Positions 32,225-42,102 are shown, counted from the stretch's first letter. The stretch is DNA of 64,000 bases from an uncultured delta proteobacterium (GCA_963754925.1 CAVWHX010000004.1:448001-512000); one strand, 5' to 3'. Program-made: numbers and translations. The notes: generated by a model from the letters alone, not told the origin.

Positions 32225-33412
32225 ATGAATCCATGTCGGATAAATGTACTTGTATATCGTATAGTTATGTTTATAAAACTTCCTTTCTCCATGAGCGTCG
32301 TGCTTGCCCTTGACCTCCTGGTGGGCTGCGGATTGTACCCCCCGGGAGCCCTACCAATAGACGATCCCTGGCGTTTCTCCACACCCTCGGCGGAGGGCAT
32401 GGACGAGGCGGTCTTAGACGGCGCCCGTCAATACGCCTTCCAGGACGGCAAAAACACGCAAGGTGTCGTGGTGGTGTACCACGACACGATCGTGGCCGAG
32501 TGGTACGCGCCGGACCACGATGCGAGCTCCTATGCCGCAAGCTGGTCAGTGGCCAAGAGCTTCACCAGCGCCCTGATCGGGATTGCCATCGGGCAGGGGC
32601 TCATCCCCGGCGGTCTGGACGCAAAGATGTCCGATTACATTCCTTCATGGCAGGGAACGGAGAAAGAATCCATCCGTCTGCGTGACGTGCTCAGCATGGC
32701 TTCAGGTCTGAATTGGTTCGAGACGTTTGATCTCACCAACTCAAACGTGGCGCAGATGGCTCTGAGCAATCCTGACGAACTCGCTTACGCCGCCAGCATC
32801 GACGTAGCCCATCCTCCCGATACGGTATTTAACTATTCGAGCGGCGACGCTATGCTGGTTTCTGCGGTGTTACAAAAAGCGACCGGCATGCGCGCCGACC
32901 AATATGCGGCCCAGGTCTTGTTCAAACCGCTGGGGCTTAACCAGGTGGATTGGTGGCGCGATGCGGCGGATCACACCCTCACCTATTGCTGCATAGACAC
33001 TACCTCGCGCAGCTTCGCCCGGTTCGGGCTGCTGTACCTTCACCACGGCGCATCGGGCAACGACCATATCGTCCCGCGGGATTGGATCGTCGCCTCGACC
33101 TCTCCCAACGATGTTTATGAAGGCTACGGGTACCTATGGTGGCTTTCCGGGCGCGTCAAACCCGGACTGCCGGCCGATACGTTTTCAGCCCGGGGACAGG
33201 ACGACCAATATATTTACGTGATCCCAAGCCGCGATCTGGTGGTGGTCCGGAACGGCTTATACGTGAAATATGACGGCCCGCCGGTCGCCGATCCGGCCTT
33301 GTTTCCGTTATGCCCCTGCAACGGATACCTGGCGGGTAAGGGAACGGTTCCAGCCGATAGCTGGAGCGACCAGGAATTTCTGACCCCCATCCTTAATTCT
33401 ATTCTACCCTGA
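32225..33412 (+). CDS. Serine hydrolase (beta-lactamase family), probable lipoprotein; start uncertain
   Basis: SVAK, FNYSS, YGYLWW and lipobox-like LLVGC. Confidence 0.85.
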   Translation: MNPCRINVLVYRIVMFIKLPFSMSVVLALDLLVGCGLYPPGALPIDDPWRFSTPSAEGMDEAVLDGARQYAFQDGKNTQGVVVVYHDTIVAEWYAPDHDASSYAASWSVAKSFTSALIGIAIGQGLIPGGLDAKMSDYIPSWQGTEKESIRLRDVLSMASGLNWFETFDLTNSNVAQMALSNPDELAYAASIDVAHPPDTVFNYSSGDAMLVSAVLQKATGMRADQYAAQVLFKPLGLNQVDWWRDAADHTLTYCCIDTTSRSFARFGLLYLHHGASGNDHIVPRDWIVASTSPNDVYEGYGYLWWLSGRVKPGLPADTFSARGQDDQYIYVIPSRDLVVVRNGLYVKYDGPPVADPALFPLCPCNGYLAGKGTVPADSWSDQEFLTPILNSILP

Positions 33413-33604
33413 GGAAGGCCTCCGAGCGCAGTGCAACATTCTGCTCGATGGCCCTTGCTTATCCTCGAACATATAATTACATTCCGCATCAACAATGCCT
33501 CGACTGTAGCGCATTTGAGACTAAACTCAACTGACGGCCGTGATTTCTGCGCTTTCAATCGCGATTATCTATACGATTTTACAAACAAAAAAGGAGAAAT
33601 TGCC

Positions 33605-34510
33605 ATGGAGACAAGGAAGATAAAAAAGATTCTCAAGAGCAGACCGGTCATCGAGGGGGCTGGGGTGCATCTGAAGCGGGCCATCGGCAACAATGATACC
33701 GGGGTTTTCGACCCCTTTCTCCTGTTGGACGACTTTCGTTCCGGAAATCCCGCGGATTACCTGAAAGGGTTTCCGTGGCACCCGCACCGGGGCATCGAAA
33801 CCATCACCTATGTTCTTCGCGGCACGGTCGAACACGGGGATAGTATGAAAAACAAGGGGGTTATTTCCGCCGGCGACATCCAGTGGATGACCGCGGGAAG
33901 CGGCATCATCCACCAGGAAATGCCGAAAGGCGACGCCCAGGGCGCCATGGGCGGTTTTCAATTGTGGGCGAACCTCCCGGCGTCCCACAAAATGATGGAT
34001 CCGCGCTACCGCGACATTAAAAGCGCCGATGTGCCCGAGATCACCGTGAAAGGCGGTGCAAAGGTCAAAATCATATGCGGCACCTTGAATAAGGTATCCG
34101 GTCCGGTCAAGGACATCGTTACCGATCCGGAATATCTCGACATCACCCTGCCGGCTTCTTCGGAATACATCCATCGCACCAAGAAGGGACATACCGTTTT
34201 CGCCTATGTCATCGAAGGGCGCTGTTACTTTTGCAATGAAAAAAAGCCCTTCACCCATGAAGCGGAAGGAATCAACTACTTTGATTTTAAGCAGGAGCCT
34301 TTTGTTTCAAATGGGATGCTTACGCTGTTTGATGACGGCGACCGGTTAATCGCTACCACAGACGATGAACCGGTCCGGTTTCTCCTCATTTCCGGACAAC
34401 CGATCCGGGAGCCTATTGCGTGGTACGGTCCGATAGTCATGAATACTCAAAAAGAACTTCAGATCGCGTTCGATGAATTCGAGCGAGGCACCTTCATCAA
34501 GCATCCTTAG
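33605..34510 (+). CDS. Pirin family protein
   Basis: DPFLLLD, HPHRGIETIT, WMTAGSGIIHQE, QLWANLP, YGPIVMN. ATG follows AGGAG. Confidence 0.95.
   Translation: METRKIKKILKSRPVIEGAGVHLKRAIGNNDTGVFDPFLLLDDFRSGNPADYLKGFPWHPHRGIETITYVLRGTVEHGDSMKNKGVISAGDIQWMTAGSGIIHQEMPKGDAQGAMGGFQLWANLPASHKMMDPRYRDIKSADVPEITVKGGAKVKIICGTLNKVSGPVKDIVTDPEYLDITLPASSEYIHRTKKGHTVFAYVIEGRCYFCNEKKPFTHEAEGINYFDFKQEPFVSNGMLTLFDDGDRLIATTDDEPVRFLLISGQPIREPIAWYGPIVMNTQKELQIAFDEFERGTFIKHP
34461..34506 (+). repeat. Left copy of 46-bp direct repeat (pirin 3' end; att-like)
   Basis: 40/46 identical to 44261-44306. Confidence 0.75.
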
Positions 34511-34660
34511 CTGTAAATCATGATACTGCAACGGCCGCGCCCCCTAATCACAGTGCTAAATCAAGGAAGTGATTTAATTAAAATTATCTATACAATTAAT
34601 ATTATTATGCAAATCCAAGGAAGCCGCTGTCCGGGAAAGAATTGGGAATAAAGAAATCGC

Positions 34661-34689
34661 TTGACAATATATAGACCGTTATATATATT
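34661..34689 (+). promoter_or_regulatory. sigma70 promoter of tetR with overlapping operator TAGACCGTTATATATAT
   Basis: TTGACA-17 nt-TATATT with ATG 6 nt downstream (leaderless). The operator recurs inverted at 35361. Confidence 0.7.
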
Positions 34690-34695
34690 ACCTGT

Positions 34696-35271
34696 ATGTC
34701 AGCGCAAGGTGAACAAACTCGAAGGAAAATAATTGATACGGTAATTGAACTGCTAAAGGTTAAAGGATTTAATGGGGTTGGACTACAGGAAATTATCAGC
34801 CAAAGTGGCACGCCCAAGGGATCCCTCTATTTTCATTTTCCTGGCGGTAAAAATGAAATCGTTGAAACGTCGATAAAACAGTACGGCGAGAATATTGATA
34901 CGCTTTTACGAATGCTTTTTCTTAACACCACGGATATCGCAACTGCCATTAAAGCAGTTTTTAGCTATGCAATAAATGATTTGGAGTCTTCAAACTATAC
35001 AAAGGGCTGCCCGATTGGAACAACAGCTCTTGACCCCGAGAGTATCTCAAAGACAATCCAGGAAAGTTGCGCTCAATGTTTTTCCTTGATGAGAGATGTC
35101 ATGGCCGAAAGATTAAAAAAAGATGGAATGGATGCCGTTGAGGCTGAGAAACAAGCTACATTTATACTGTCATCTTTTGAGGGCGCGATTATTTTGAGCA
35201 AGGCTTATCGAAATACGGAACCTCTAAAAATTATTGCGGAGCGATTATCAGCACTTTTTACTCCAAAATAA
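34696..35271 (+). CDS. TetR family regulator (LmrA/YxaF-like)
   Basis: GFNGVGLQEII...PKGSLYFHFPGGK, GCPIG, FEGAIILS. Confidence 0.92.
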   Translation: MSAQGEQTRRKIIDTVIELLKVKGFNGVGLQEIISQSGTPKGSLYFHFPGGKNEIVETSIKQYGENIDTLLRMLFLNTTDIATAIKAVFSYAINDLESSNYTKGCPIGTTALDPESISKTIQESCAQCFSLMRDVMAERLKKDGMDAVEAEKQATFILSSFEGAIILSKAYRNTEPLKIIAERLSALFTPK

Positions 35272-35360
35272 ACAATTTTTCAATAATTGAATAACTCTCT
35301 GAATATATAATGTTATTTATTATATCCGTTATGCGAAAAATGTGGAAGACCGTAATCAAA

Positions 35361-35377
35361 ATATATATACCGGTCTA
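35361..35377. promoter_or_regulatory. Second TetR operator ATATATATACCGGTCTA
   Basis: Reverse complement matches 34672-34688 at 16/17. It lies just upstream of the AAGGAGG RBS. Confidence 0.65.
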
Positions 35378-35398
35378 CTTAGTACCAAGGAGGTTTTC

Positions 35399-36196
35399 GT
35401 GAAAATATCATCATTAAAACTAGTCTATTTCTCACCGACTGGGACAACAAACAATATCGTCACAAGTATTACACAAGGACTAAATAGTGTTATTTCAGAT
35501 GTTATAGATATAACTAAAAAAGATATTCGAGAAAGAACTTATTCCTTTAATAACGAATTAGTTATTTTCGGCGCTCCCGTATACAGTGGCAGGGTTCAGG
35601 TTGATGCAATCAACTTTTTAAAAAAATGCAAGGCTTATAAGACACCGGCTATTTTTATAGTTCTCTATGGCAACCGTGCTTATGAAGATTCGCTAAAAGA
35701 GCTCAAAGAGGTTGGCGTCGATAGAGGATTTGTGCCAATAGCTTGCGGCGCATTTATCGGCGAACATTCATTTTCGAGCAGTGGAACATTAATAGCTTCG
35801 GGAAGACCAGATAGCGCAGATTTATGGAGAGCAGAATTATTTGGAAAAAATATTCAAAATAAAATAAGAAATATTAATCACATCAATGAGATTAGTGAGA
35901 TTGTTGTTCCGGGCAATACTCCCTATAAAGAAAGAATTGTATTACCACCTATGGAGTTTGTAGCGATATCGGATGTCTGCACTCAATGTGGTACTTGTGT
36001 TCAAACCTGTCCAATGGGAGCGCTCCATCTTGACAGCACTGTGACTGTTGACCCAGAAAAATGCATTTACTGCTGCGCTTGTATTAAAACGTGTCCCCAT
36101 AACGCTAGAGAAATAAAAGACGGCACAATAAAAAATATTGCTCTAGTGTTGGCGCAAACCTGTCAGGCCAGAAAAGAACCAGATTTGTTTTTATAG
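35399..36196 (+). CDS. Flavodoxin-like + 2x[4Fe-4S] ferredoxin protein (EFR1-like)
   Basis: YFSPTGTT, PVYSGR, YGNRAYED, CTQCGTCVQTCP, CIYCCACIKTCP. GTG follows AAGGAGG. Confidence 0.88.
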   Translation: MKISSLKLVYFSPTGTTNNIVTSITQGLNSVISDVIDITKKDIRERTYSFNNELVIFGAPVYSGRVQVDAINFLKKCKAYKTPAIFIVLYGNRAYEDSLKELKEVGVDRGFVPIACGAFIGEHSFSSSGTLIASGRPDSADLWRAELFGKNIQNKIRNINHINEISEIVVPGNTPYKERIVLPPMEFVAISDVCTQCGTCVQTCPMGALHLDSTVTVDPEKCIYCCACIKTCPHNAREIKDGTIKNIALVLAQTCQARKEPDLFL

Positions 36197-36251
36197 ATAG
36201 TGAATTGGTCCGTTTTTAATATAAGTATTTTCAATAACAGGAGTAAGTGTC

Positions 36252-36416
36252 ATGGAAAAGTATGCGTTACTTATTGGCGGTTTAATGTTTATCGGCGAAG
36301 GGATCCTAAAATTTTTTCATTTTGAATTTCTCGGCATGAATATGCCGTGTGGAGCTTCATTAATTATAGTTGGCTTTGGAATAGGTTTATTTGCATATAA
36401 ACAAATAAAAAAGTGA
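36252..36416 (+). CDS. Small 54-aa two-TM membrane protein (not in ORF track)
   Basis: AGGAG RBS. MEKYALLIGGLMFIGEGILKFFHFEFLGMNMPCGASLIIVGFGIGLFAYKQIKK fills the operon gap. Confidence 0.65.
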   Translation: MEKYALLIGGLMFIGEGILKFFHFEFLGMNMPCGASLIIVGFGIGLFAYKQIKK

Positions 36417-36422
36417 ATCACT

Positions 36423-36863
36423 ATGAATGCCAGATTAATAAAAATAGTTTTTTCGATTTGGCCACCTTTTGTTGGAGCCGGTATACGGGTCAAATATATT
36501 GCCGCTGATTTTACTGAGGCAATTGTTGTTCTGAACTTGCATTGGTATAACATCAATTATGTAAAAACACATTTTGGTGGGAGTCTCTATGCAATGACCG
36601 ATCCATTCTATATGCTGATGTTGATACATATTTTAGGAAAGAATTACACGGTATGGGACAAAACCGGGAGCATTGATTATATTTCTCCGGCCAGAGGAAC
36701 CGTAACAGCACACTTTAAGATAGATGATAAACAGGTATCTGAAATAAAGGAAAAAACAGCCGCCGGAGAAGCGTTCTTACCGGAGTATTCGGTAGATATT
36801 AATAGTGAACAGGGTGAAGTAATAGCAAGGGTTTCAAAAAGGCTTTATATCCGAAGAAAATAG
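36423..36863 (+). CDS. Hotdog-fold thioesterase-like protein (DUF4442/YiiD C-terminal-like)
   Basis: WPPFVGAGIRV, NYVKTHFGGSLYAMTDPFYMLM, VWDK. Confidence 0.85.
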   Translation: MNARLIKIVFSIWPPFVGAGIRVKYIAADFTEAIVVLNLHWYNINYVKTHFGGSLYAMTDPFYMLMLIHILGKNYTVWDKTGSIDYISPARGTVTAHFKIDDKQVSEIKEKTAAGEAFLPEYSVDINSEQGEVIARVSKRLYIRRK

Positions 36864-36877
36864 AGTCAAATAAAAGT

Positions 36878-38089
36878 GTGGAAATGAAAATGGATAAGAA
36901 TAATCATATGTTATTTACATCTCGAATGATAGGAGAGGTAACAATTAAAAACAGGTTTGTCCGTTCTGCAACATTTGAATCAGCTGCAAATGAAGATGGA
37001 AGTATTGGAGAAGATTATTTAAAAATTTACGATACACTGGCAAAGGGAGAGATTGGTCTTATTATTACCGGTATGATATTTACCAGCATTGATGGTAAAA
37101 GTTACCTTCACCAGGCCGGCCTACATTCAGATGAAACAATCTCCGGTTTTTCTAACATGACCGACAGAGTTCATCGCAATGGGTCAAAAATATTTGCAGA
37201 GTTATGCCACGGGGGCAGGCAGTCCCAGATGCAGGGCATAAGACCTGCGGCGCCATCCGCTGGCAGACCGGATATGATATACCGTGTATATCCGCGGTCC
37301 ATGGACAATAAAGAGATAGTCAATGTGATCAAAACCTTTGGGGATGCGGCAAAAAGAGCTAAGGAGGCCGGATTTGACGGAATACAGATACATGCGGCCC
37401 ATGGCTACCTCCTGAGCGAATTTCTCTCGCCATATCTTAATCATCGCAGGGATGAATGGGGAGGGAGTTCCGAAAAACGATTCAATCTTTTAAAACGTGT
37501 ATATCAATACATTAGAGAAGCTGTAGGATCAACGTATCCGGTGACGGTAAAAATCAATATTGAGGACTATACACCAAAGCCTGGTTTATCGCTGGAAGAG
37601 TCTGTAGAACAGGTAAAAAGGCTTATTGAACTCTGTATTGATGCAATAGAAATATCGTGTGGCACCCTTGCCTTTTCCATGTTCAATCAATCCCGCGGTA
37701 GCGTTCCAGTACAGGCTTTTGCCAAAGCTATGCCAAAGCCGCTGCAGCCCCTAGCCCGGCTTCTACTAAAAATTGCATATCCCGAAAAAAAATATACTTT
37801 TTACGAGGATTACAACCTCCGGGCATGCGATGATATTAAACCTTTGATGGGGAATACCCCACTGATTGTGGTGGGAGGTTTACGAAGCTATAAATCTATG
37901 GAAAAAATTGTACAGGACAGAAAAGCAGATTTTATTTCCATATCCCGTCCTTTTATCCGGCAGCCGATGATTGTAAAAAAATGGAGTGAAGGAGATTTTA
38001 AACCGATGACCTGTACAAACTGCAATAATTGTTTGGGAGGGATAGCCATTCACGAGAGACTAAAATGCAATCGGGATCGAATTTTTTAA
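36878..38089 (+). CDS. NADH:flavin oxidoreductase (old yellow enzyme family) with C-terminal Fe-S cysteines
   Basis: KNRFVRSAT, AGFDGIQIHAAHGYLLSEFLSP, NHRRDEWGG, CTNCNNC...C. Confidence 0.92.
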   Translation: MEMKMDKNNHMLFTSRMIGEVTIKNRFVRSATFESAANEDGSIGEDYLKIYDTLAKGEIGLIITGMIFTSIDGKSYLHQAGLHSDETISGFSNMTDRVHRNGSKIFAELCHGGRQSQMQGIRPAAPSAGRPDMIYRVYPRSMDNKEIVNVIKTFGDAAKRAKEAGFDGIQIHAAHGYLLSEFLSPYLNHRRDEWGGSSEKRFNLLKRVYQYIREAVGSTYPVTVKINIEDYTPKPGLSLEESVEQVKRLIELCIDAIEISCGTLAFSMFNQSRGSVPVQAFAKAMPKPLQPLARLLLKIAYPEKKYTFYEDYNLRACDDIKPLMGNTPLIVVGGLRSYKSMEKIVQDRKADFISISRPFIRQPMIVKKWSEGDFKPMTCTNCNNCLGGIAIHERLKCNRDRIF

Positions 38090-38315
38090 TAGTGGTTGTC
38101 TTCAGGAATCTGCCCGGTGGGATGACGGCATAATTTAATTGATTTCTTGCGGTTCTTGTTCGATATTCCGGAAAAGTAAAAGTTTAGAGGTTTTAAAAAT
38201 TAAGGATTGCGTAAGTATTTGCGATATTACTGACTTTTAAATGATACGCCGCGTTAGCGTGTATGACATTGAACTATATGACAAATAAACTACAGGTGGT
38301 TGGCAACTAGCTGCT

Positions 38316-39863
38316 ATGACTTTGCACGACAATAATAAATCCCGTGAAGTTAAAGAAGTGTCTCTGCTTTATGAAATAAGCAGGGCCCTGAGCGAAACGC
38401 TCGATCTCAAAACCGTGCTGCATCCGATTCTCAAGATGACGGCTGAACACATGGAGATGCTGCGCGGCACCCTCACCATTCTTAACAGAAAAACGGAAGA
38501 GATAGTAATAGAGGAGGCTTACGGACTGCAGCCCGAGGAGCAGGCAAAAGGCAAGTACCGGCTGGGCGAAGGGGTCACCGGTAAGGTGGTTGAAACGGGC
38601 CAGCCCGCCATTGTCCCGCGGATTTCAGACGAGCCTCTCTTTCTTGATAGGACCGGATCCCGAAAGGGCCTCGACAAGGTCGACATTGCGTTTATCTGCG
38701 TGCCGATCAAAATCGGGAACGAGGTTATCGGTGCGCTCTCCGTTGACCGTCTCTTTAATGAAAAAATCTCCTTTGAGGAAGACGTGCGTCTGCTGACGAT
38801 CATCGCATCCAGTATCTCCCAGGCAGTACGACTGCGACAGCTCGCGCAGGAAGAACTTGAAAAACTTCAGGAGGAAAACCAGCGACTTCAAAACGAATTA
38901 AAAACGCAGCACCGCCCGAATTCCATCGTCGGGAATTCACATGCCATGCTCGAGATATACGCGCTCATCGACAAGGTCTGCAATGCCCCGACGACCGTTA
39001 TTCTTCTCGGTGAAAGCGGCGTCGGCAAAGAAAAGGTCGCCCAGGCCATTCACTATAATTCAAATCGGGCGGACAAGCCGTTTGTAAAGGTAAATTGCGC
39101 TGCCCTCCCGGAGTCGCTCATAGAAAGCGAGCTGTTCGGATACGAACGGGGAGCTTTTACCGGTGCGGCCGCCAGCCGCAAGGGCCGCTTCGAATTGGCT
39201 GACGGTGGATCGCTATTCCTGGACGAAATCGGTGACCTGCCTCTTCACGTACAGACAAAAATCCTCCGGGTGATACAAGAAAAGGAATTCGAGCGAATTG
39301 GGGGTACCGAGACGATACCCGTGGACGTGAGGATCATCACGGCGACCAACCGAAACCTCGAGTTGTTGATGAAGGAAGGTAAATTCAGGGAGGACCTGTA
39401 TTATCGCTTGAACGTTTTCCCGATCATGGTCCCGCCGCTTAGGGAACGGAAAAGCGACATCATGCTTCTGGCCGACCATTTCACCGAAAAATACGGTAAG
39501 GAGCTGGGAAAAAATATCAGCCGCATTTCCACCCCTGCCATCGATATGCTGATGTTGTATCATTGGCCGGGCAATGTGCGCGAGCTTGAAAACTGCATCG
39601 AGCGGTCGGTGATTTTGAGCACCGACGGCGTTATTCACAGCTATCATCTTCCGCCGAGCCTGCAGATGGCCAGCGATTCCGGAGAGGAAGCCCGGGGAAC
39701 GCTGAAGGGAATGATTTCCAACATCGAAAAAGAGGTAATCGTCGAGGAGTTGAAGCGTTCGCGGGGAAATATGTCAAAAGCCGCCCGCGCCCTGGGAATA
39801 ACCGAGCGTATCATGGGCCTGCGCGTCGAAAAATTCGGCATCGACCTGAAACGCTTCAAGTGA
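38316..39863 (+). CDS. NifA-like sigma54 activator (GAF-AAA+-HTH)
   Basis: GAF (YRLGEGVTGKV, FICVPI), GESGVGKE, GAFTGA, WPGNVRELEN, C-terminal HTH. No nif genes are in the window. Confidence 0.92.
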   Translation: MTLHDNNKSREVKEVSLLYEISRALSETLDLKTVLHPILKMTAEHMEMLRGTLTILNRKTEEIVIEEAYGLQPEEQAKGKYRLGEGVTGKVVETGQPAIVPRISDEPLFLDRTGSRKGLDKVDIAFICVPIKIGNEVIGALSVDRLFNEKISFEEDVRLLTIIASSISQAVRLRQLAQEELEKLQEENQRLQNELKTQHRPNSIVGNSHAMLEIYALIDKVCNAPTTVILLGESGVGKEKVAQAIHYNSNRADKPFVKVNCAALPESLIESELFGYERGAFTGAAASRKGRFELADGGSLFLDEIGDLPLHVQTKILRVIQEKEFERIGGTETIPVDVRIITATNRNLELLMKEGKFREDLYYRLNVFPIMVPPLRERKSDIMLLADHFTEKYGKELGKNISRISTPAIDMLMLYHWPGNVRELENCIERSVILSTDGVIHSYHLPPSLQMASDSGEEARGTLKGMISNIEKEVIVEELKRSRGNMSKAARALGITERIMGLRVEKFGIDLKRFK

Positions 39864-40088
39864 TATGCGCGCCGGCGGGCGTGAGACCGGCGTTCCCTGC
39901 CGTATTAAAGTTACATTAATGTGGCTTCTCGGCTCATAATCCTACATTCCGGTAATACCTTAACCAGAGGTAACGCCCGTGGGTCGTTGTTTCTTCGTGC
40001 TTCGTGCACCTAGTCTGGTCCCCGATCTTTACATTTTATTAATGTTAATTACCGTCACTTTCATTTCAGGGGGTTACCGGCAATCGTC

Positions 40089-40104
40089 TGGCATTCTTTT
40101 TGCT
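40089..40104 (+). promoter_or_regulatory. sigma54 -24/-12 promoter of the APC permease
   Basis: TGGCATTCTTTTTGCT with exact GG-N10-GC spacing. Confidence 0.8.
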
Positions 40105-40250
40105 TACCATCATAATCACTCAATTAATTGCGTTATCAAACAATTAACTGAGCGACGAAGGAGATGACTTAGATGACTGTGCAACTATTTACGGCAAAAT
40201 TTGAAACGCAATGAAATTAAAAATTAGTTAAGAAAGGAAGGTTATGTGTC

Positions 40251-41771
40251 ATGACTGAACCAATAGCAATGAAAAAGACTCTGAGTTTGACGGGCGTCAC
40301 CGTAAACGCAATGGCGCTCATAGCGCCGGGCGCGTTTTTATGGCTGACGTTCCAGATGCAAGCGGCCCAGGTCGACTTGGCAGGAAATACCACTGCGCTG
40401 GATATGTTCCCCGGTTTGGTAATCGCCCTGGTATTGGCGTTTTTAACGGCGATTTCATATTCCAAGCTGGCTGAGTTGTATCCCGAGGCCGGAACAGGCA
40501 GTTCCTATTATTTTACGGAACAGGCCTTATTGAACGAAAAACGGCTATCGTCTTTTTCCAAAATTTCAAAATTTATCGTCGGCTGGTTTTCCCACCTGTA
40601 CTACTGGGTTTATCCCGGGGTCATGGTGGCCATGATGGCGATCCTGATTACCTACATCTTTTCGCAATTCGGGGTCACCCTCTCGCCGGTCTGGCAGATC
40701 ATTGTAGCGATGGTATTCGCGGGTCTCACCGGCGCCGTCGCCTACCGAGGAATCAATGGCTCCACGATGTCGAGTATCGTGATCAACGTAGTCCAAATAG
40801 TCTCGCTCGTGTTTGTAACGATTCTGGCGATTGTCTACCGGGTCACGAATCCTCAGAATGTAACCTTTGTGCATGAAAACCTGGCTTCAGCAATCCTGCC
40901 GCACAACTTCGCCAATGTGCTGTTTCAGGCTACCATTGCGATGTTGCTGCTGGTCGGTTTCGAATCCGCCACGGCCTTGTCGGCCGAGGCGAAACATCCC
41001 AAGCACGTCAGCCGCGGGGTTATCATCTCCTTGGTTCTGCAGGGGCTCATATTCTATCTTTTCGAATACTTCGGAGCCGCCGCGTGGCTGAACACGGCCT
41101 ATACGGTTAAAGACGCCAACGGCGCCGATGTCACCGGCATTGCGGCCGCCGCCGCTTCCGGCGCTCCCATCGGTGACATGGTAAAAATACTTGGCGATTC
41201 GCTACTCAATAACATCGGCTTCTTATTGATGATCCTCGTGGCGATATCGGTTGCGATGGCCGTCATCGGCACGACCCTGGCCTGTATCAATACCGGCGTG
41301 CGCGTAACGTACGCAATGGCCAAGGATAAGGACGTCCCGAGTTTTCTGGGGGCGCTGCACGGCCGTTTTGCTACACCCCACACCGCCGTATGGACGATCA
41401 CGATAGTGTCGGCGATAATCGGCGCGTTCGGCGTGCTGTCGGTCACCAACCTGACCGCCGTAACGTTCCTATCGAATATCGGCACCTTCGCGCTCTACGG
41501 CTTAACAAACCTCGTGGCGTTGGTGGCGTTTATGCGGCATCCGCAAAGAAACCCGATAACGCACATAGCGGTTCCGATTCTGGGATTCCTGGCCAATATC
41601 GGCATGCTCCTGGCCGTTATATACCTGGGAATACTCGGCGGCGGAGACACCAAGACCGCCGCGTTGATATCGATCATAGCAACCGGCGTGTGGATGGCAC
41701 TCGGAATCGTATATATAATTGTTCGAAATCGTAAAGAACAAAAAGGACAACCGGTACCGATCCGTGCTTAA
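40251..41771 (+). CDS. APC superfamily permease
   Basis: About 12 TMs, GSSYYF loop, VGFES..LSAEAKHP, RVTYAMAKD..P...H.RFATP. Confidence 0.9.
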   Translation: MTEPIAMKKTLSLTGVTVNAMALIAPGAFLWLTFQMQAAQVDLAGNTTALDMFPGLVIALVLAFLTAISYSKLAELYPEAGTGSSYYFTEQALLNEKRLSSFSKISKFIVGWFSHLYYWVYPGVMVAMMAILITYIFSQFGVTLSPVWQIIVAMVFAGLTGAVAYRGINGSTMSSIVINVVQIVSLVFVTILAIVYRVTNPQNVTFVHENLASAILPHNFANVLFQATIAMLLLVGFESATALSAEAKHPKHVSRGVIISLVLQGLIFYLFEYFGAAAWLNTAYTVKDANGADVTGIAAAAASGAPIGDMVKILGDSLLNNIGFLLMILVAISVAMAVIGTTLACINTGVRVTYAMAKDKDVPSFLGALHGRFATPHTAVWTITIVSAIIGAFGVLSVTNLTAVTFLSNIGTFALYGLTNLVALVAFMRHPQRNPITHIAVPILGFLANIGMLLAVIYLGILGGGDTKTAALISIIATGVWMALGIVYIIVRNRKEQKGQPVPIRA

Positions 41772-41830
41772 TACGATCGGATACGTATTTGATTATTGAT
41801 GGTGATGATTATGAAAACTGGAGAATCAGA

Positions 41831-41861
41831 GCAAAAGGGCGCTTCGCAAGCGCTCTTTTGC
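41831..41861. terminator. Terminator-like hairpin
   Basis: GCAAAA-GGGCGCTT-CGC-AAGCGCTC-TTTTGC. Confidence 0.6.
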
Positions 41862-41898
41862 CCGTTGTGAGGAACAACCGAGGATTAGTTTGAACGTC

Positions 41899-42102
41899 GG
41901 AGGAACAACCAATGATGAGTTTGCCCGCAACAGATGATTTCAGGTCGAGTCCATTTTGGATTTCAGGGTCGTCCGACAAGGGATGCGTCCGTACCAATTT
42001 GGAGGAACAACCGATGACCAGTTTGCGCGTAACGGAAGATTTCACGTCGAGTCCATTGCAGGTTTCAGGGTTGTCCGACAAAGGATGCGTTCGTACTAAC
42101 AA
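41899..42102 (+). repeat. 102-bp in-frame tandem duplication of RBS + start + first 29 codons of the PP2C gene
   Basis: Units 41899-42000 and 42001-42102 are 83/102 identical. Both begin GGAGGAACAACCnATG. Confidence 0.9.

Noticed and set aside
35289..35334. attC-like site (GAATAAC...GTTATGC) in the AT-rich block
   Set aside because: Only 46 nt, no proper L boxes or spacers, no array of such sites and no integron integrase.
38316..39863. Calling the activator nifA and inferring nitrogen fixation
   Set aside because: No nif genes and no TGT-N10-ACA site noticed at the adjacent promoter. Only the domain architecture is NifA-like.
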